Positions 9,721-19,905 of a stretch of DNA of 64,000 nucleotides are shown in pieces. The notes beneath the pieces were generated by a model. The model saw only the letters and a list, made by a program, of their open reading frames with translations. It was not told where the DNA came from and did no database searches. This stretch comes from Desulfobacterales bacterium (GTDB lineage: Bacteria; Desulfobacterota; Desulfobacteria; Desulfobacterales; UBA2174), in assembly GCA_963668645.2 (NCBI GenBank), contig CAXXWC010000019.1, positions 96,001 through 160,000 of the forward strand, given 5' to 3'. A program made the position numbers and the translations under genes. Numbering within the stretch: the first letter of the stretch is position 1; each line of letters begins with the position of its first letter.

Positions 9721-10023
9721 CTACTGCTTGGCCGGCCCGGAAACGCTGATCCGGTCCTTGTTCAGGTCGAAAACCTTCTGCCCGACACCTTGCACTTTCA
9801 TCAGATCCTCGATGACGGCAAAGGGCCCGTTTTGTGTGCGGTAATCGACGATTCGCTGCGCCACAACATCACCGATGCGGTCCAACTGCTTGAGCTGCTC
9901 CACCGTGGCGGTGTTCAGATCAATCTTGTCCCCGTCGGCCGCCCCGGCCGGCACCCCACAGAGCATCACCAGAGCCATGGCCATCATCAATGCCATCCGA
10001 ATCGATCGTCTGCTGTTTTGCAT
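9721..10023 (-). CDS. comEA: ComEA family DNA-binding protein
   Basis: Signal peptide followed by KIDLNTATVEQLKQLDRIGDVVAQRIVDYR..NGPF...DLMKVQGVG; GGAGG RBS. Confidence 0.85.
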   Translation of the reverse strand: MQNSRRSIRMALMMAMALVMLCGVPAGAADGDKIDLNTATVEQLKQLDRIGDVVAQRIVDYRTQNGPFAVIEDLMKVQGVGQKVFDLNKDRISVSGPAKQ

Positions 10024-10553
10024 TCCTGCCTCCTTTCCATTCCGTGAACGGAATCGATGGCCCCGGGGCTTCCGCCGATCCGGCCTGTGACCCGTTAACG
10101 CAGGACGCCCGGGATTGAGATGGAACGAAGCATGGCACCCCTTTGGCGCCACCTCCGTTTTGGGCATACAAACAAAATCCGTACCAGAGGCCGAAACGAT
10201 CCTCCCGTGGCGGCAGATCTTCGCTCAAAACCGTTTCTAACTTGCTTGATCGCTTATGAATTGCAGATAGTTGATAGGATACGAAATATTCGCCAGGCGT
10301 AAACTCGATGAAAGGCGGCTTTCAGTCATTGTGGGGTGCTCCGGCACCCATTTGCACACGTTCCTGTGCAGCATGGTGCGTCGCTGGTGCAATTCGGGGA
10401 TTGACCTTGACCTGAGCCAAGATATCTGCTCTGAGGGAGCCGACGCATCGGACAGGTCGGATCGCTGCCCGCACATCGTATGCGGTTCTGATCGACTCGA
10501 AGCAAAACTGCGGGAAAAACGCTATCGCGAAAACCGAAGGAGAAAAAAAATCG

Positions 10554-10793
10554 ATGTCCGATCATGATACCATCGAGGTGCGGGCCATCGTCACTTTGAG
10601 CACCGCCGCCTTGCAAACCATCGTCAGCAATGCCAAAGCCATCGTGGGCGCCAACGCCAAGGGGCACTACCGGGTCGACACGGCCGGCTTGGTCAACCGG
10701 ATGATATCCAAATTTCTGATGGACAAAGATTTCGCGGCCTACGTGGCGGACACGGCCAACTATCCCGCCCTGCGATCCGAGTCGATGCAATGA
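10554..10793 (+). CDS. Small hypothetical protein (79 aa)
   Basis: AAGGAG RBS, gene-like codon usage, fills an intergenic gap. Confidence 0.7.
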   Translation: MSDHDTIEVRAIVTLSTAALQTIVSNAKAIVGANAKGHYRVDTAGLVNRMISKFLMDKDFAAYVADTANYPALRSESMQ

Positions 10794-10833
10794 CCCGCAA
10801 ATCCGGGCCACGGCCAAGCGCCTGATCCGGTGT

Positions 10834-10921
10834 CCGCCTGCCCCGGCGCACGGAATCAGCGCCCGGTCAGCCTCCCCGCTCGTGCCGTCCTGACCGCTTG
10901 CCCCGGCGCACGGGATCAGCG
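10834..10921. repeat. 28-bp direct repeat pair with 32-bp spacer
   Basis: ccgcctgccccggcgcacggaatcagcg and ccgcttgccccggcgcacgggatcagcg, 26/28 identical, period 60 bp. Confidence 0.75.
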
Positions 10922-11497
10922 GTTGCCGCGGGTAAAGACCTCGCCTTCGCCGGGATAGACGCGCCGTTGATCTTCGGCGGTCGGCCGGACCACCGGCGGC
11001 CAGCGTTCGGGCCGGGGCGCGTCCCCTTCCCGGGCGGCCGGTGTGGGATCCCGGTCGTGCATCTGGGGCCGGCGGCGCAAATCCACGGCCGCTACCGGAG
11101 CGGAAAATTCGATGGGCATCCGGTTGGGATCGAAACTGTAAATCGAGTGGATAAAACCGTGGTCGATCGGCTCGGAAACCCAGAACCCGGCGGCCTCCAG
11201 GCGGTCCTTGAGGTCCCACAGGTCATCGTCGGCGGCCACGCCGATGGACACATGATCGAAGGCCACCGGGCCGCTAACCGGCACCCCGTGGTCCTTTTGC
11301 GCCACCTTCTCCACCCCGGGCCACTCGAAGAAAGCGATCATGTCGTGGGGACCGATCTCGAAAAAATAGTGCCGGTAGCCCGGCCGTCCCAGGCCGGCGA
11401 TCAGGCGCATCCCCAACAGGTCGCGCCAGAAGCGGATGGTAGCTTCCATGTCGCCGGTGACCATGGCCAAGTGGTTGATGCCGGTGTAGTCGATCAT
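10916..11497 (-). CDS. VOC/glyoxalase family protein
   Basis: GINHLAMVTGDMEATIRFWRDLLG, FDHVSI, SIYSFDPNRMPIE. Confidence 0.88.
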   Translation of the reverse strand: MIDYTGINHLAMVTGDMEATIRFWRDLLGMRLIAGLGRPGYRHYFFEIGPHDMIAFFEWPGVEKVAQKDHGVPVSGPVAFDHVSIGVAADDDLWDLKDRLEAAGFWVSEPIDHGFIHSIYSFDPNRMPIEFSAPVAAVDLRRRPQMHDRDPTPAAREGDAPRPERWPPVVRPTAEDQRRVYPGEGEVFTRGNR

Positions 11498-11598
11498 AGC
11501 CGGATTGCCGGTTGTGGGTGAACAAAAATTGGCCAGACCGGCCCGACTCGCCTGACGGGTCTGACATGTCCACCATCGCGAATCGCAATGCCCGTAGT

Positions 11599-12813
11599 TT
11601 AAGCGCTTTCCGGCAAGGCTGCCCGAAAGACCACGGCCTGACCCGCGACGGTGTAGGCCCCGGCCGCCGCCGGCACCAGAAGGGCGGTGCCTCCGGCGAA
11701 AGCGGTGCGATGGCCGTTTTGCACGGTCAGTTCTCCCCTGCCCCGGGTGCAAAGAAGAATCTCCACCCGGCGCCGGGCCGGACTGTCCCACCGGCGGCCG
11801 TGTTCGACCCGAAGGGTCCAGAGCTCGAACTCCTCGGCCGGGGTGCGATAGCGCTCCCCTGCCCCGCCGACCGCATCGGCAATCCGTACTTCGGGCAATC
11901 GGCCATCGAAACACAGCACCCGCAGCAGTTCGGCCACATCCACATGCTTGGACGTCAATCCGCCGCGCAGTACATTGTCCGAATTGGCCATGATCTCAAC
12001 GCCCTTGCCTTGCAGATAGGCGTGCGGCCGCCCCGCGGGAAGAAAAAGGGCTTCGCCCGGCCTCAGGCGGACCAGGTTGAGAAAGGCCGGCGCCAGCACG
12101 CCGATATCCTCCGGATACTTTTCAAGGAGCCGCAGCACCCAGTGGCGAACCTGTTCCTCGCCTGATCCCCGAGCCGCCCGGGCGGCGGCCTCGGCCAGTG
12201 CGGCCCGGCGTTGTCCCCCTTCCAGACGCATCAGGCCTTCAAAAAAAAACCGGATCCCCTCATTGCCCGGCTGGCTGTCGAGGGCGGCTAGCAGCGAAGC
12301 CAAGCTGTCCGGGCACAGGGCGCCCACGCCCTCCAGCATGGTCCTCGCCGGCCGAAACCCGTCCAACGCCCAGAACTCGCCCAGCGCACAGATCAGCTCC
12401 GGCTTGTGATTCGGGTCGCGGTAGTTTCGCTGCGGCGCTCCGAGAGGCAAGCCGGCCCGGTTTTCGCGTGCAAATCCCGCCTGGGCCTGCACCCGATCTG
12501 GATGGGCCTGGATCGACAACGGGGCATCCACCGCCAAAACCTTGAACAAAAAGGGCAGGGCCGCCCCGAAGCGCGCCACGACCCCGGACCCCAGGATCGG
12601 CTCGGCAAAACGCTTGACGAGCCGGTCCAGAGGCTGCCAGCCCTCGTCGGTTTGCACCAGCGAAGGGGCCTTGGGATGGGCGCCCATCCACAGCTCGGCC
12701 TGGGGTTCGGGAGCAGGAACCGGAGTACCGAGAAGTTCGCCGATGGCCGTGCGCGATCCCCAGGCATAGGTCTGGATGGGATTGCGCAGGATCAGGGCGT
12801 GTTGCAGGTTCAT
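11599..12813 (-). CDS. manA: Mannose-6-phosphate isomerase, class I
   Basis: YAWGS, AELWMGAHP, LSIQAHP, DPNHKPE, HAYLQG, EIMANSDNVLRGGLT. Confidence 0.95.
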   Translation of the reverse strand: MNLQHALILRNPIQTYAWGSRTAIGELLGTPVPAPEPQAELWMGAHPKAPSLVQTDEGWQPLDRLVKRFAEPILGSGVVARFGAALPFLFKVLAVDAPLSIQAHPDRVQAQAGFARENRAGLPLGAPQRNYRDPNHKPELICALGEFWALDGFRPARTMLEGVGALCPDSLASLLAALDSQPGNEGIRFFFEGLMRLEGGQRRAALAEAAARAARGSGEEQVRHWVLRLLEKYPEDIGVLAPAFLNLVRLRPGEALFLPAGRPHAYLQGKGVEIMANSDNVLRGGLTSKHVDVAELLRVLCFDGRLPEVRIADAVGGAGERYRTPAEEFELWTLRVEHGRRWDSPARRRVEILLCTRGRGELTVQNGHRTAFAGGTALLVPAAAGAYTVAGQAVVFRAALPESA

Positions 12814-15053
12814 TGCGGATCGTATCGGAAGGTGAGCTGGTCGTCTTCCAGGCCCACCCGCACGCGCCCTCCTTTTTCCAGGCAACCGAAAAGGATTTCG
12901 TTGCTCAAAGCGTCCTTGAGGCGGGTCTGGATCAGCCTTCCCAGGGGTCTGGCCCCGTAAACCGGATCGTGTCCCTTGTTTGCCAGCCAGAGCCGGGCCT
13001 CATCTTCCAGCGCCAATTCGACCTTGCGCCCGGCCAACTGCGTGTTGAGCTCATCGATGAATTTATCCACGATCCGCGCCATGATTTCCACCGACAGGGC
13101 GTTGAAGTGGATCGTGTCGTCCAGACGGTTGCGAAACTCGGGGCTGAAGAGGTTGTCCACGGCCTGCTTGCCCTTGCCGGCCGAGTCCTGCTTGCGGTCG
13201 CCGAATCCGATGGCCATCTGGCTCATCTCGCGGGCCCCGGCGTTGGAGGTCATGACCAGGATCACGTTGCGAAAATCGGCCCGTTTGCCGTTGTTGTCGG
13301 TCAGGGTGGCATGGTCCATGACCTGCAGCAGAATGTTGAACAGGTCCAGATGAGCCTTTTCGATCTCGTCGAGAAGCAGCACGGCGTAGGGGTGCTTGCG
13401 GATCCCGTCGGTAAGCAGCCCTCCCTGATCGAAGCCGATATACCCCGGCGGGGCGCCGATGAGCCGTGCCACGGCGTGCTTTTCCATGTACTCGCTCATA
13501 TCAAAGCGCATGAAGTGCACCCCCATGATGCGGGCCAACTGGCGCGCCACCTCGGTCTTGCCCACCCCGGTGGGGCCGGTGAACAGGAAGTTGCCGATGG
13601 GCCGCTCGGGACTGCCCAACCCGGCCCGGTTGCGCTTGATGGCCGTCACCAGGGCCGCGATGGCCGAATCCTGGCCGAAAACCACCTGGCCCAGATCCTG
13701 GGCCAGGTTTTCCAGTTTGAGCCGGTCCGAAGTCGAGACGCTCACCGTGGGGATGCGGGCCATCTTGGCCACGATCTTTTCGATGTCCGACGGGTGGATC
13801 TTGCGGCGCCGCGAGCCGCCCGAAAGGCGCACGAAGGCGCCGGCCTCGTCGATGACGTCGATGGCCTTATCCGGCAGAAAACGGTCGTTGATATACTTGG
13901 CCGACAGCTCGCAGGCGGCCCGCAGGGCACTTTCACTGTATCGGATCTCGTGATGATCCTCGTAGTAAGACCGCAGTCCTTTGAGGATGCGGAAGGCGTC
14001 TTCCAGATCCGGTTCGGCGATCTCGATCTTTTCGAAACGCCGCGACAGGGCTCGGTCCTTTTCGAAGTGGTTCTTGTACTCTTCGAAGGTCGTCGAGCCG
14101 ATGCAGCGGACCCGGCCGTTGGCCAGCACCGGTTTGAGGATGTTGGAGGCATCCATCGACCCGCTGCTGGTGGCACCGGCGCCCACGATGGTATGGATTT
14201 CGTCGATAAAGAGGATGGCGTCCTGTTTTTCAGCCAGCGCGTTGATCACGTCCTTGAGCCGCTGTTCGAAATCACCGCGAAACTTGGTACCGGCCAGCAG
14301 CCCACCCATGTCCAGGGCATAGATACGCATCCCGGCCAGAAGGTCCGGCACCTGGTTCTGGTGGATACGCTGGGCCAGCCCCTCAGCCATGGCGGTCTTA
14401 CCCACCCCGGGATCACCTACGAAAATGGGGTTGTTCTTGCGGCGGCGGCATAGCACCTGCAGGGTTCGCTCCAGCTCGGCTTCACGGCCCACCAGCGGAT
14501 CGAGGCGCCCCTCGGCGGCCATCTTCACCAGATCGGTGGTGAATTGCTCCAAAGGATCGGGCTTGCCCTTTTTGGGATCCGCTTCCTCGCGCTGCGGCCC
14601 GCCGCGGCCCGGACGGCTCTCCGGCACCGGGGCGCGGTGGGCGATATAGTTGAGCACGTCGATGCGCTCGATGCCTTCCTGGCGCAGGAAGTACTCGGCA
14701 TGGGAGTCTTTTTCCTGAAATATCGAAGCCAGGATGTCGCCGATGGCCACCTCCTGTTTCTCGGCCGAACGCGCATGGTTGACGGCCCGCTGAATCACGC
14801 GCTGGAAACCGATGGTCTGCTGCAGGACGTATTCGTTCTCCTCGGGGATCCGTTCGATGCGTTCGTCGAAAAATTTCTCCAGCCGCGCCTTGAGCTGTTC
14901 GGCGTCCCCGCCGCACTGCACGATGATCTCGGTCCCGCCTTCATCGTGCAGCAGAGCGTACAGGACGTGCTCGATGCTCACATATTCATGGCGCCGCCGC
15001 TTGGCTTCACGCACGGCGAATCCCAAGGTGGCGCTCAGTTCCTTGCTGATCAT
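12810..15053 (-). CDS. clpA: ATP-dependent Clp protease ATPase subunit
   Basis: Two AAA+ modules (GDPGVGKT, GPTGVGKT), no M-domain, directly downstream of clpS. Confidence 0.96.
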   Translation of the reverse strand: MISKELSATLGFAVREAKRRRHEYVSIEHVLYALLHDEGGTEIIVQCGGDAEQLKARLEKFFDERIERIPEENEYVLQQTIGFQRVIQRAVNHARSAEKQEVAIGDILASIFQEKDSHAEYFLRQEGIERIDVLNYIAHRAPVPESRPGRGGPQREEADPKKGKPDPLEQFTTDLVKMAAEGRLDPLVGREAELERTLQVLCRRRKNNPIFVGDPGVGKTAMAEGLAQRIHQNQVPDLLAGMRIYALDMGGLLAGTKFRGDFEQRLKDVINALAEKQDAILFIDEIHTIVGAGATSSGSMDASNILKPVLANGRVRCIGSTTFEEYKNHFEKDRALSRRFEKIEIAEPDLEDAFRILKGLRSYYEDHHEIRYSESALRAACELSAKYINDRFLPDKAIDVIDEAGAFVRLSGGSRRRKIHPSDIEKIVAKMARIPTVSVSTSDRLKLENLAQDLGQVVFGQDSAIAALVTAIKRNRAGLGSPERPIGNFLFTGPTGVGKTEVARQLARIMGVHFMRFDMSEYMEKHAVARLIGAPPGYIGFDQGGLLTDGIRKHPYAVLLLDEIEKAHLDLFNILLQVMDHATLTDNNGKRADFRNVILVMTSNAGAREMSQMAIGFGDRKQDSAGKGKQAVDNLFSPEFRNRLDDTIHFNALSVEIMARIVDKFIDELNTQLAGRKVELALEDEARLWLANKGHDPVYGARPLGRLIQTRLKDALSNEILFGCLEKGGRVRVGLEDDQLTFRYDPQ

Positions 15054-15056
15054 GGC

Positions 15057-15371
15057 CTATTCCCTCTCCATCTCACAGCGCAGGGGAAATCCGTTCTCCC
15101 GCGCCAGGCTATGCACGGTTTCGACTTTGGTTTCAGCCACCTCGCGTGGATAGGTGCCGCAGACCCCCGTCCCCTGCCGGTGCACATTGAGCATGATCCG
15201 GGTCGCCTCGGCCGGCGGCTTGTTGAAGACAAACCGCAGTACCTGCACCACGAATTCCATGGTGGTATAGTCGTCGTTGAGTAATAAAACCCGGTACAGC
15301 GGCGGCTCGTCAGTTCTATCGACGGTCTTGCTTCGCTCCTGGAGTTCCGGGTCGGCAATCGGGGCATTCAT
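15057..15371 (-). CDS. clpS: Clp adaptor ClpS
   Basis: YRVLLLNDDYTTMEFVV...MLNVH..G...AETKV...FPL. Confidence 0.96.
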   Translation of the reverse strand: MNAPIADPELQERSKTVDRTDEPPLYRVLLLNDDYTTMEFVVQVLRFVFNKPPAEATRIMLNVHRQGTGVCGTYPREVAETKVETVHSLARENGFPLRCEMERE

Positions 15372-15534
15372 GGATCGGTTTCCTGGGGCGCCCCAAAGAG
15401 CGCTACGGCATCGCCGCTATCCGTCCTTCGGGCGCCGGTTGCCTTGGCAAGGCGTTTGGGTCGGCAATACGTAGATTCAATATAACCATCCGCGGCAGGG
15501 ATTGTAAAGAAACGCGGGGGGGCGCATCCAGGCG

Positions 15535-15600
15535 GTAGGGGCGAAAAATTATTCGCCCCTACGGTCGTTCCACCACGTTCGCCCCTACATGCACCCCTAC
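15535..15600. repeat. GTAG-type REP-like palindrome plus partial copies
   Basis: GTAGGGGCGAAAAATTATTCGCCCCTAC at 15535-15562, followed by ttcgcccctac and cacccctac. Confidence 0.7.
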
Positions 15601-18128
15601 CGCCCGCAGCACTTTTTGTATTTCTTGCCGCTGCCGCAGGGGCACGGATCATTGCGGCCCACCTTGGCGGCGTTGCGCTGGACCGGCTGGCGCCGGGGCG
15701 GCGGGGATTGGCCCCCGCCGCTGAAATGCATCTCCTGGGGTTGGGGACGGTGCATTTCGACGACCCGTTCGGGCTCGGCCAGTTGAATCCGGAACAGAAT
15801 GCGCAGGGTTTCGTCGGTAATCCGCTCGATCATGTCCTGGAAGGCTTCGAATCCCTCCTTCTTGTAGACCAAAAGCGGATTTTGCTGGGCATACCCCCGC
15901 AGCCCGATCCCCTCCTTGAGATGGTCCATGGTCAGCAGGTGGTCCTTCCAGCGCGCGTCCACGGCCTGGAGCATCACGAACCGTTCGAGCTGGCGAAATT
16001 CCTCAAGGCCGAAAAGACGCTCCTTTTCATCATAGCGGGCCACGGCCTCCTGAAAGATCAATTCGACCAGCCCTTCACCGGTCAGCCCGTCCAGAGCCGC
16101 ATCTTCGAGAGGCGCCAGGCGAAAAGCGAAGCGGTCGAATACCGACTGGTTGATGGCCTCGAAGTCCCACTCGGCAGCCGGAGCCCGTTCGTCCACGTGC
16201 AGGTTGGCGATTTTTTCGGCCGCCTCGCGAATCATCTCCTCGATGGCCGGGCGCAGGTTTTCACCGTCCAGCGCTTCGCGCCGCTGGCGGTAGATCACCT
16301 CGCGCTGCTGGTTCATCACGTCGTCGTATTCCAAAAGCTGCTTGCGGATCTCGAAGTTGTGAGCCTCGACCTTGGACTGGGCGTTTTCGATGGCCCGGCT
16401 GATCAGGTTGTGTTCGATGGGCTCGCCGTCCTGCATCCCGAGCCGCTCCATGATCCCGGTAATCCGCTCCCCGCCGAAGATGCGCAGCAGATCGTCCTCC
16501 AGCGCAAGATAAAACCGTGAAGAGCCCGGATCGCCCTGGCGACCGCTGCGGCCGCGCAACTGGTTGTCGATGCGCCGGCTCTCGTGGCGTTCGGTGCCGA
16601 TGATGTGCAGCCCGCCCAGTTCCACCACCCCGGGGCCGAGCACGATGTCCGTACCGCGGCCGGCCATGTTGGTGGAAATCGTCACCGCTCCGCGCTGGCC
16701 GGCCTGGGAAACGATCTCGGCCTCCCCCTCGTGGTTTTTGGCGTTGAGTACACTGTGGGGTATCCCGCGCTTTTTCAGTTCGCCGGCCACGGCCTCAGAC
16801 ACGTCGATGGAAACCGTGCCTACCAGTACCGGCTGGCCTTTGGTGTGCAATTCCCGGATTTCGTCAATGGCGGCATCGAACTTCTCGCGCCGGGTCTTGT
16901 AGATCACGTCGGGAAAATCCGTACGGATCATGGGCCGGTTGGTGGGCACCACCACCACGTCCAGGTCGTAGATTTTCTTGAACTCGGCCGCCTCGGTGTC
17001 GGCCGTACCGGTCATGCCCGACAGCTTGTCGTACATGCGGAAATAGTTCTGGAAAGTAATGGTAGCCAGGGTCTGGTTCTCGTTTTCGATCTTGACGTTT
17101 TCCTTGGCCTCCAAGGCCTGGTGCAGCCCGTCGCTGTATCGGCGGCCCGGCATGAGGCGCCCGGTGAACTCGTCGACGATGATCACCTCCCCGTCCTTGA
17201 CGATATAGTCCACATCGCGCTTGAACAGGGCGTGGGCCTTCAGGGCCTGGTTGACGTGGTGCAGAATCTCGATGTTGGACGGGTCGTAGATGTTCTCCAC
17301 CTGCAGCAGGGTTTCCACCCGGGCCACCCCTTCTTCGGAAAGGGTCGCCGAACGGGCCTTCTCGTCAATGGCGTAGTGGCGGTCGCGCTGGAGCTGAGGG
17401 ATCACCTGGTTGGCCCGGTAGTAAAGATCAGTGCTGCGCTCGGCCGGCCCCGAGATGATCAGCGGGGTGCGGGCTTCGTCGATGAGAATCGAGTCGACCT
17501 CGTCCACGATGGCGAAGTTAAGCGGCCGCTGCACCAGCGTGGCGCGCTCGAACTTCATGTTGTCGCGCAGATAATCGAAGCCGAACTCGTTGTTGGTGCC
17601 GTAAGTGATATCGCAGCCGTAGGACGCCTGGCGCTGGTGATCGTCCAGCCCGTGCAGGATGGTGCCGACGGTCATGCCCAGAAAACGATAGATCTGGCCC
17701 ATCCATTCCGTGTCGCGGCGGGCCAGATAATCGTTGACCGTCACCACGTGGACCCCCCGCCCGCTCAGGGCGTTGAGGTAACCGGCCAGGGTCGCCACCA
17801 GGGTCTTGCCCTCACCGGTTTTCATCTCGGCGATCTTGCCCTCGTGCAGTACGATCCCGCCGATGAGCTGAACGTCGAAATGGCGCATGTTCAAGGCCCG
17901 CCGGGAAGCTTCGCGGACCGTAGCGAAGGCTTCGGGAATCAAATCGTTCAAAGGTTCGCCGTTTTCCAGCCGCTGCCGGAAGGCGGCGGTGTTTTCCCGC
18001 AGGGCCTCATCGCCGAGGGCCGCCATGGCCGCTTCCTGCTCGTTGATCGCCGCCACCAGCGGCTGGATGCGTTTGAGAACGCGGTCGTTTTTACTGCCGA
18101 AAAACCGGGTGAGCCATTGATTCAACAT
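15597..18128 (-). CDS. secA: Preprotein translocase ATPase SecA
   Basis: [28 protein letters not shown]-terminal [19 protein letters not shown]; start at [12 protein letters not shown]. Confidence 0.97.
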   Translation of the reverse strand: MLNQWLTRFFGSKNDRVLKRIQPLVAAINEQEAAMAALGDEALRENTAAFRQRLENGEPLNDLIPEAFATVREASRRALNMRHFDVQLIGGIVLHEGKIAEMKTGEGKTLVATLAGYLNALSGRGVHVVTVNDYLARRDTEWMGQIYRFLGMTVGTILHGLDDHQRQASYGCDITYGTNNEFGFDYLRDNMKFERATLVQRPLNFAIVDEVDSILIDEARTPLIISGPAERSTDLYYRANQVIPQLQRDRHYAIDEKARSATLSEEGVARVETLLQVENIYDPSNIEILHHVNQALKAHALFKRDVDYIVKDGEVIIVDEFTGRLMPGRRYSDGLHQALEAKENVKIENENQTLATITFQNYFRMYDKLSGMTGTADTEAAEFKKIYDLDVVVVPTNRPMIRTDFPDVIYKTRREKFDAAIDEIRELHTKGQPVLVGTVSIDVSEAVAGELKKRGIPHSVLNAKNHEGEAEIVSQAGQRGAVTISTNMAGRGTDIVLGPGVVELGGLHIIGTERHESRRIDNQLRGRSGRQGDPGSSRFYLALEDDLLRIFGGERITGIMERLGMQDGEPIEHNLISRAIENAQSKVEAHNFEIRKQLLEYDDVMNQQREVIYRQRREALDGENLRPAIEEMIREAAEKIANLHVDERAPAAEWDFEAINQSVFDRFAFRLAPLEDAALDGLTGEGLVELIFQEAVARYDEKERLFGLEEFRQLERFVMLQAVDARWKDHLLTMDHLKEGIGLRGYAQQNPLLVYKKEGFEAFQDMIERITDETLRILFRIQLAEPERVVEMHRPQPQEMHFSGGGQSPPPRRQPVQRNAAKVGRNDPCPCGSGKKYKKCCGR

Positions 18129-18313
18129 CGATGGGAATCCTTGTCCAAGTAAGCCGCAGCACCACCCGATACCTTCGACCGATGGATGGACGCCGCGGCC
18201 GATTGCCGTGAGCATCGCTGGCCGCCAACCCCTGCAACATAGCCTCCCGAACCGGACCTGGCAAGGGGGGAGGGATTGATGATGGATGATCGACGCTTTT
18301 GGATTGTCGGAGT

Positions 18314-18430
18314 GTGAAAGCGGCTGAAAACCGCGATTGAGGCGTTTCGGAAGGTCCTGCCGCGGTTGAAAAAACCGCTCCCACAAAAAAAACGGCCAAC
18401 TGCACCTGTGGGAGCGGTTTTGGAACCGCA
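18314..18430. repeat. Cluster of three alternating REP-like units (GTGGGAGCGG family)
   Basis: gtgaaagcggctgaaaaccgcga (18314), inverse cgcggttgaaaaaaccgctcccac (18361), gtgggagcggttttggaaccgca (18408). Confidence 0.7.
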
Positions 18431-18450
18431 GTCGCGCGATCGCGCCTGGT

Positions 18451-19359
18451 TTACGCGATCCCGAGCTGGAACTTGAGGCTCTTGAGGGTGTTTTTCATCA
18501 GCATGGTGATGGTCATGGGCCCCACCCCGCCGGGCACCGGCGTGATGTGGCCGGCGATTTCTTTGGCCGCGTCGAAGTCCACGTCGCCCTTGAGAATCGC
18601 CACCGGCTTGCCGGTCTTTTCGCTGATCTTTTCACCCACTCGGTTGACCCCCACATCGATGACGCAGGCACCCGGCTTGATCCACTCGGGCTTGACCAGA
18701 TCCGGAACCCCGGCCGCCACGATGAGGATGTCGGCCCGCTGGCAGTGGCTGGCCAGATCCCGGGTGCCGGTATGCACGATGGTCACGGTGCTGTTGGCCC
18801 CGGGTCCCTTTTGCACCATCATGTTGGCGATGGGCTTGCCCACGATGTTCGAGCGGCCCACCACCACCACCTCTGCGCCCTTGGTCTCCACCCCGGCGCG
18901 CACGATCATCTCCTGGATTCCAGCCGGCGTGCATGGCGGAAACTTCACCTCGCTGCCGCCGATCATCAAGCGGCCGACGTTGACCGGATGGAAACCGTCC
19001 ACATCCTTGTCCGGATCGATGCGGTTGAGCACTTTCTTCTCGTCGATATGTTTGGGCAGGGGCAACTGAACCAAAATACCGTTGATGGAATCATCCTGGT
19101 TGTACTTGTCGATCAGGGCGAGCAGGTCGGCCTCGCTGATATCCACCGGCTGGCTGTCCTGAACCTCTTTGAAACCCACCCGGTGGGCGGTCTTGATCTT
19201 GAGGGTCACGTAAGAAATCGAGGCGGGATTCTCGCCGACCAGGATGGTCACCAATCCGGGGACCTTGCCGTACTTTTCCTTGATCTGGGCCACCTCGGCG
19301 GTGATCTCCTCTAGAATCTGCTCCCGGATCTCGGTTCCCTTGATGAGTTTGGCGGTCAT
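18451..19359 (-). CDS. folD: Methylene-THF dehydrogenase/cyclohydrolase
   Basis: [41 protein letters not shown]. Confidence 0.97.
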   Translation of the reverse strand: MTAKLIKGTEIREQILEEITAEVAQIKEKYGKVPGLVTILVGENPASISYVTLKIKTAHRVGFKEVQDSQPVDISEADLLALIDKYNQDDSINGILVQLPLPKHIDEKKVLNRIDPDKDVDGFHPVNVGRLMIGGSEVKFPPCTPAGIQEMIVRAGVETKGAEVVVVGRSNIVGKPIANMMVQKGPGANSTVTIVHTGTRDLASHCQRADILIVAAGVPDLVKPEWIKPGACVIDVGVNRVGEKISEKTGKPVAILKGDVDFDAAKEIAGHITPVPGGVGPMTITMLMKNTLKSLKFQLGIA

Positions 19360-19531
19360 GCTGCTCTCCTTTCAGGCTGTGGTTGCAAAGCGGTCTTTAC
19401 GGGAGGCGCCGGCAGCGGCGATCCCCTCCAGGGGCCGACTCCGGCCCTTCGAATCATCAATCAACCAATTGGGTGTCGTCTGTGAGGTGAACATGCTGCG
19501 CCCTCAGGCGCCCCGGCAGCATGCATCGATG

Positions 19532-19614
19532 CTTGTAGTCAAATCCCCGGCGGATGTCAAGAAGACGCCCCTTATACAAAAGCGCTTGACAAGCCCCCAT
19601 TGTACCGGTACTAA
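19532..19614. promoter_or_regulatory. Back-to-back sigma70-like promoters for folD and the TRAP operon
   Basis: Minus strand TTGACA(19560-19555)-17-TACAAG; plus strand TTGACA(19586)-17-TACTAA. Confidence 0.55.
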
Positions 19615-19905
19615 TACGCGATCTTGAAGCCTTTTTAGCTGTCTTTATTTTCCTTGTCGCAAGGCCTATGCAATGAACACCCGCTTTAAGAATTCTTTCT
19701 TTATCTACGCCTACCTTTATTGATGGCTTGCTGGCCGCAGATTGGCGGCACAGCAAGCGGACCAACCGGTTTCACCCCCTGTTTTCAGTTTAAAGTGTGA
19801 GTTGTTGTAAAAGACGCGTGGTTGTCGACCCGGCAGCCGTGTCAACCGTATAACACGGTATTCCGGCCGCCCTTTTCATCCACCATCCAGTCAAGGAGTG
19901 ACGTC

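Noticed and set aside
10271..10567. 98-aa TTG-start ORF upstream of the 79-aa gene
   Set aside because: No RBS, atypical composition, and it crosses a repeat-like tract; probably non-coding.
10834..10921. Calling this a CRISPR array
   Set aside because: Only two repeats, no cas genes and no leader. Kept as a repeat and a low-ranked finding.
15531..15542. ops/JUMPstart-like GGCGGTAG
   Set aside because: It is part of the REP palindrome, far from the polysaccharide operon and on the wrong strand for it.
12813..18152. Long antisense ORFs (e.g. 12813-14453, 16584-18152; also 30141-31793, 38872-40341, 47486-48892)
   Set aside because: They mirror well-conserved genes on the opposite strand and have no motifs. 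Such shadow ORFs are expected in high-GC3 DNA.
18129..18386. N-terminal extensions in the ORF track for secA (also ileS, the epimerase, livF, folP, AOR, nrdD)
   Set aside because: Family homology begins at downstream starts that have an RBS or stop/start overlaps. The secA extension runs through REP repeats.
19360..19560. Possible ZTP or THF riboswitch in the folD leader
   Set aside because: Only generic hairpins are present; I could not find the conserved motifs. An Infernal/Rfam scan would be decisive.
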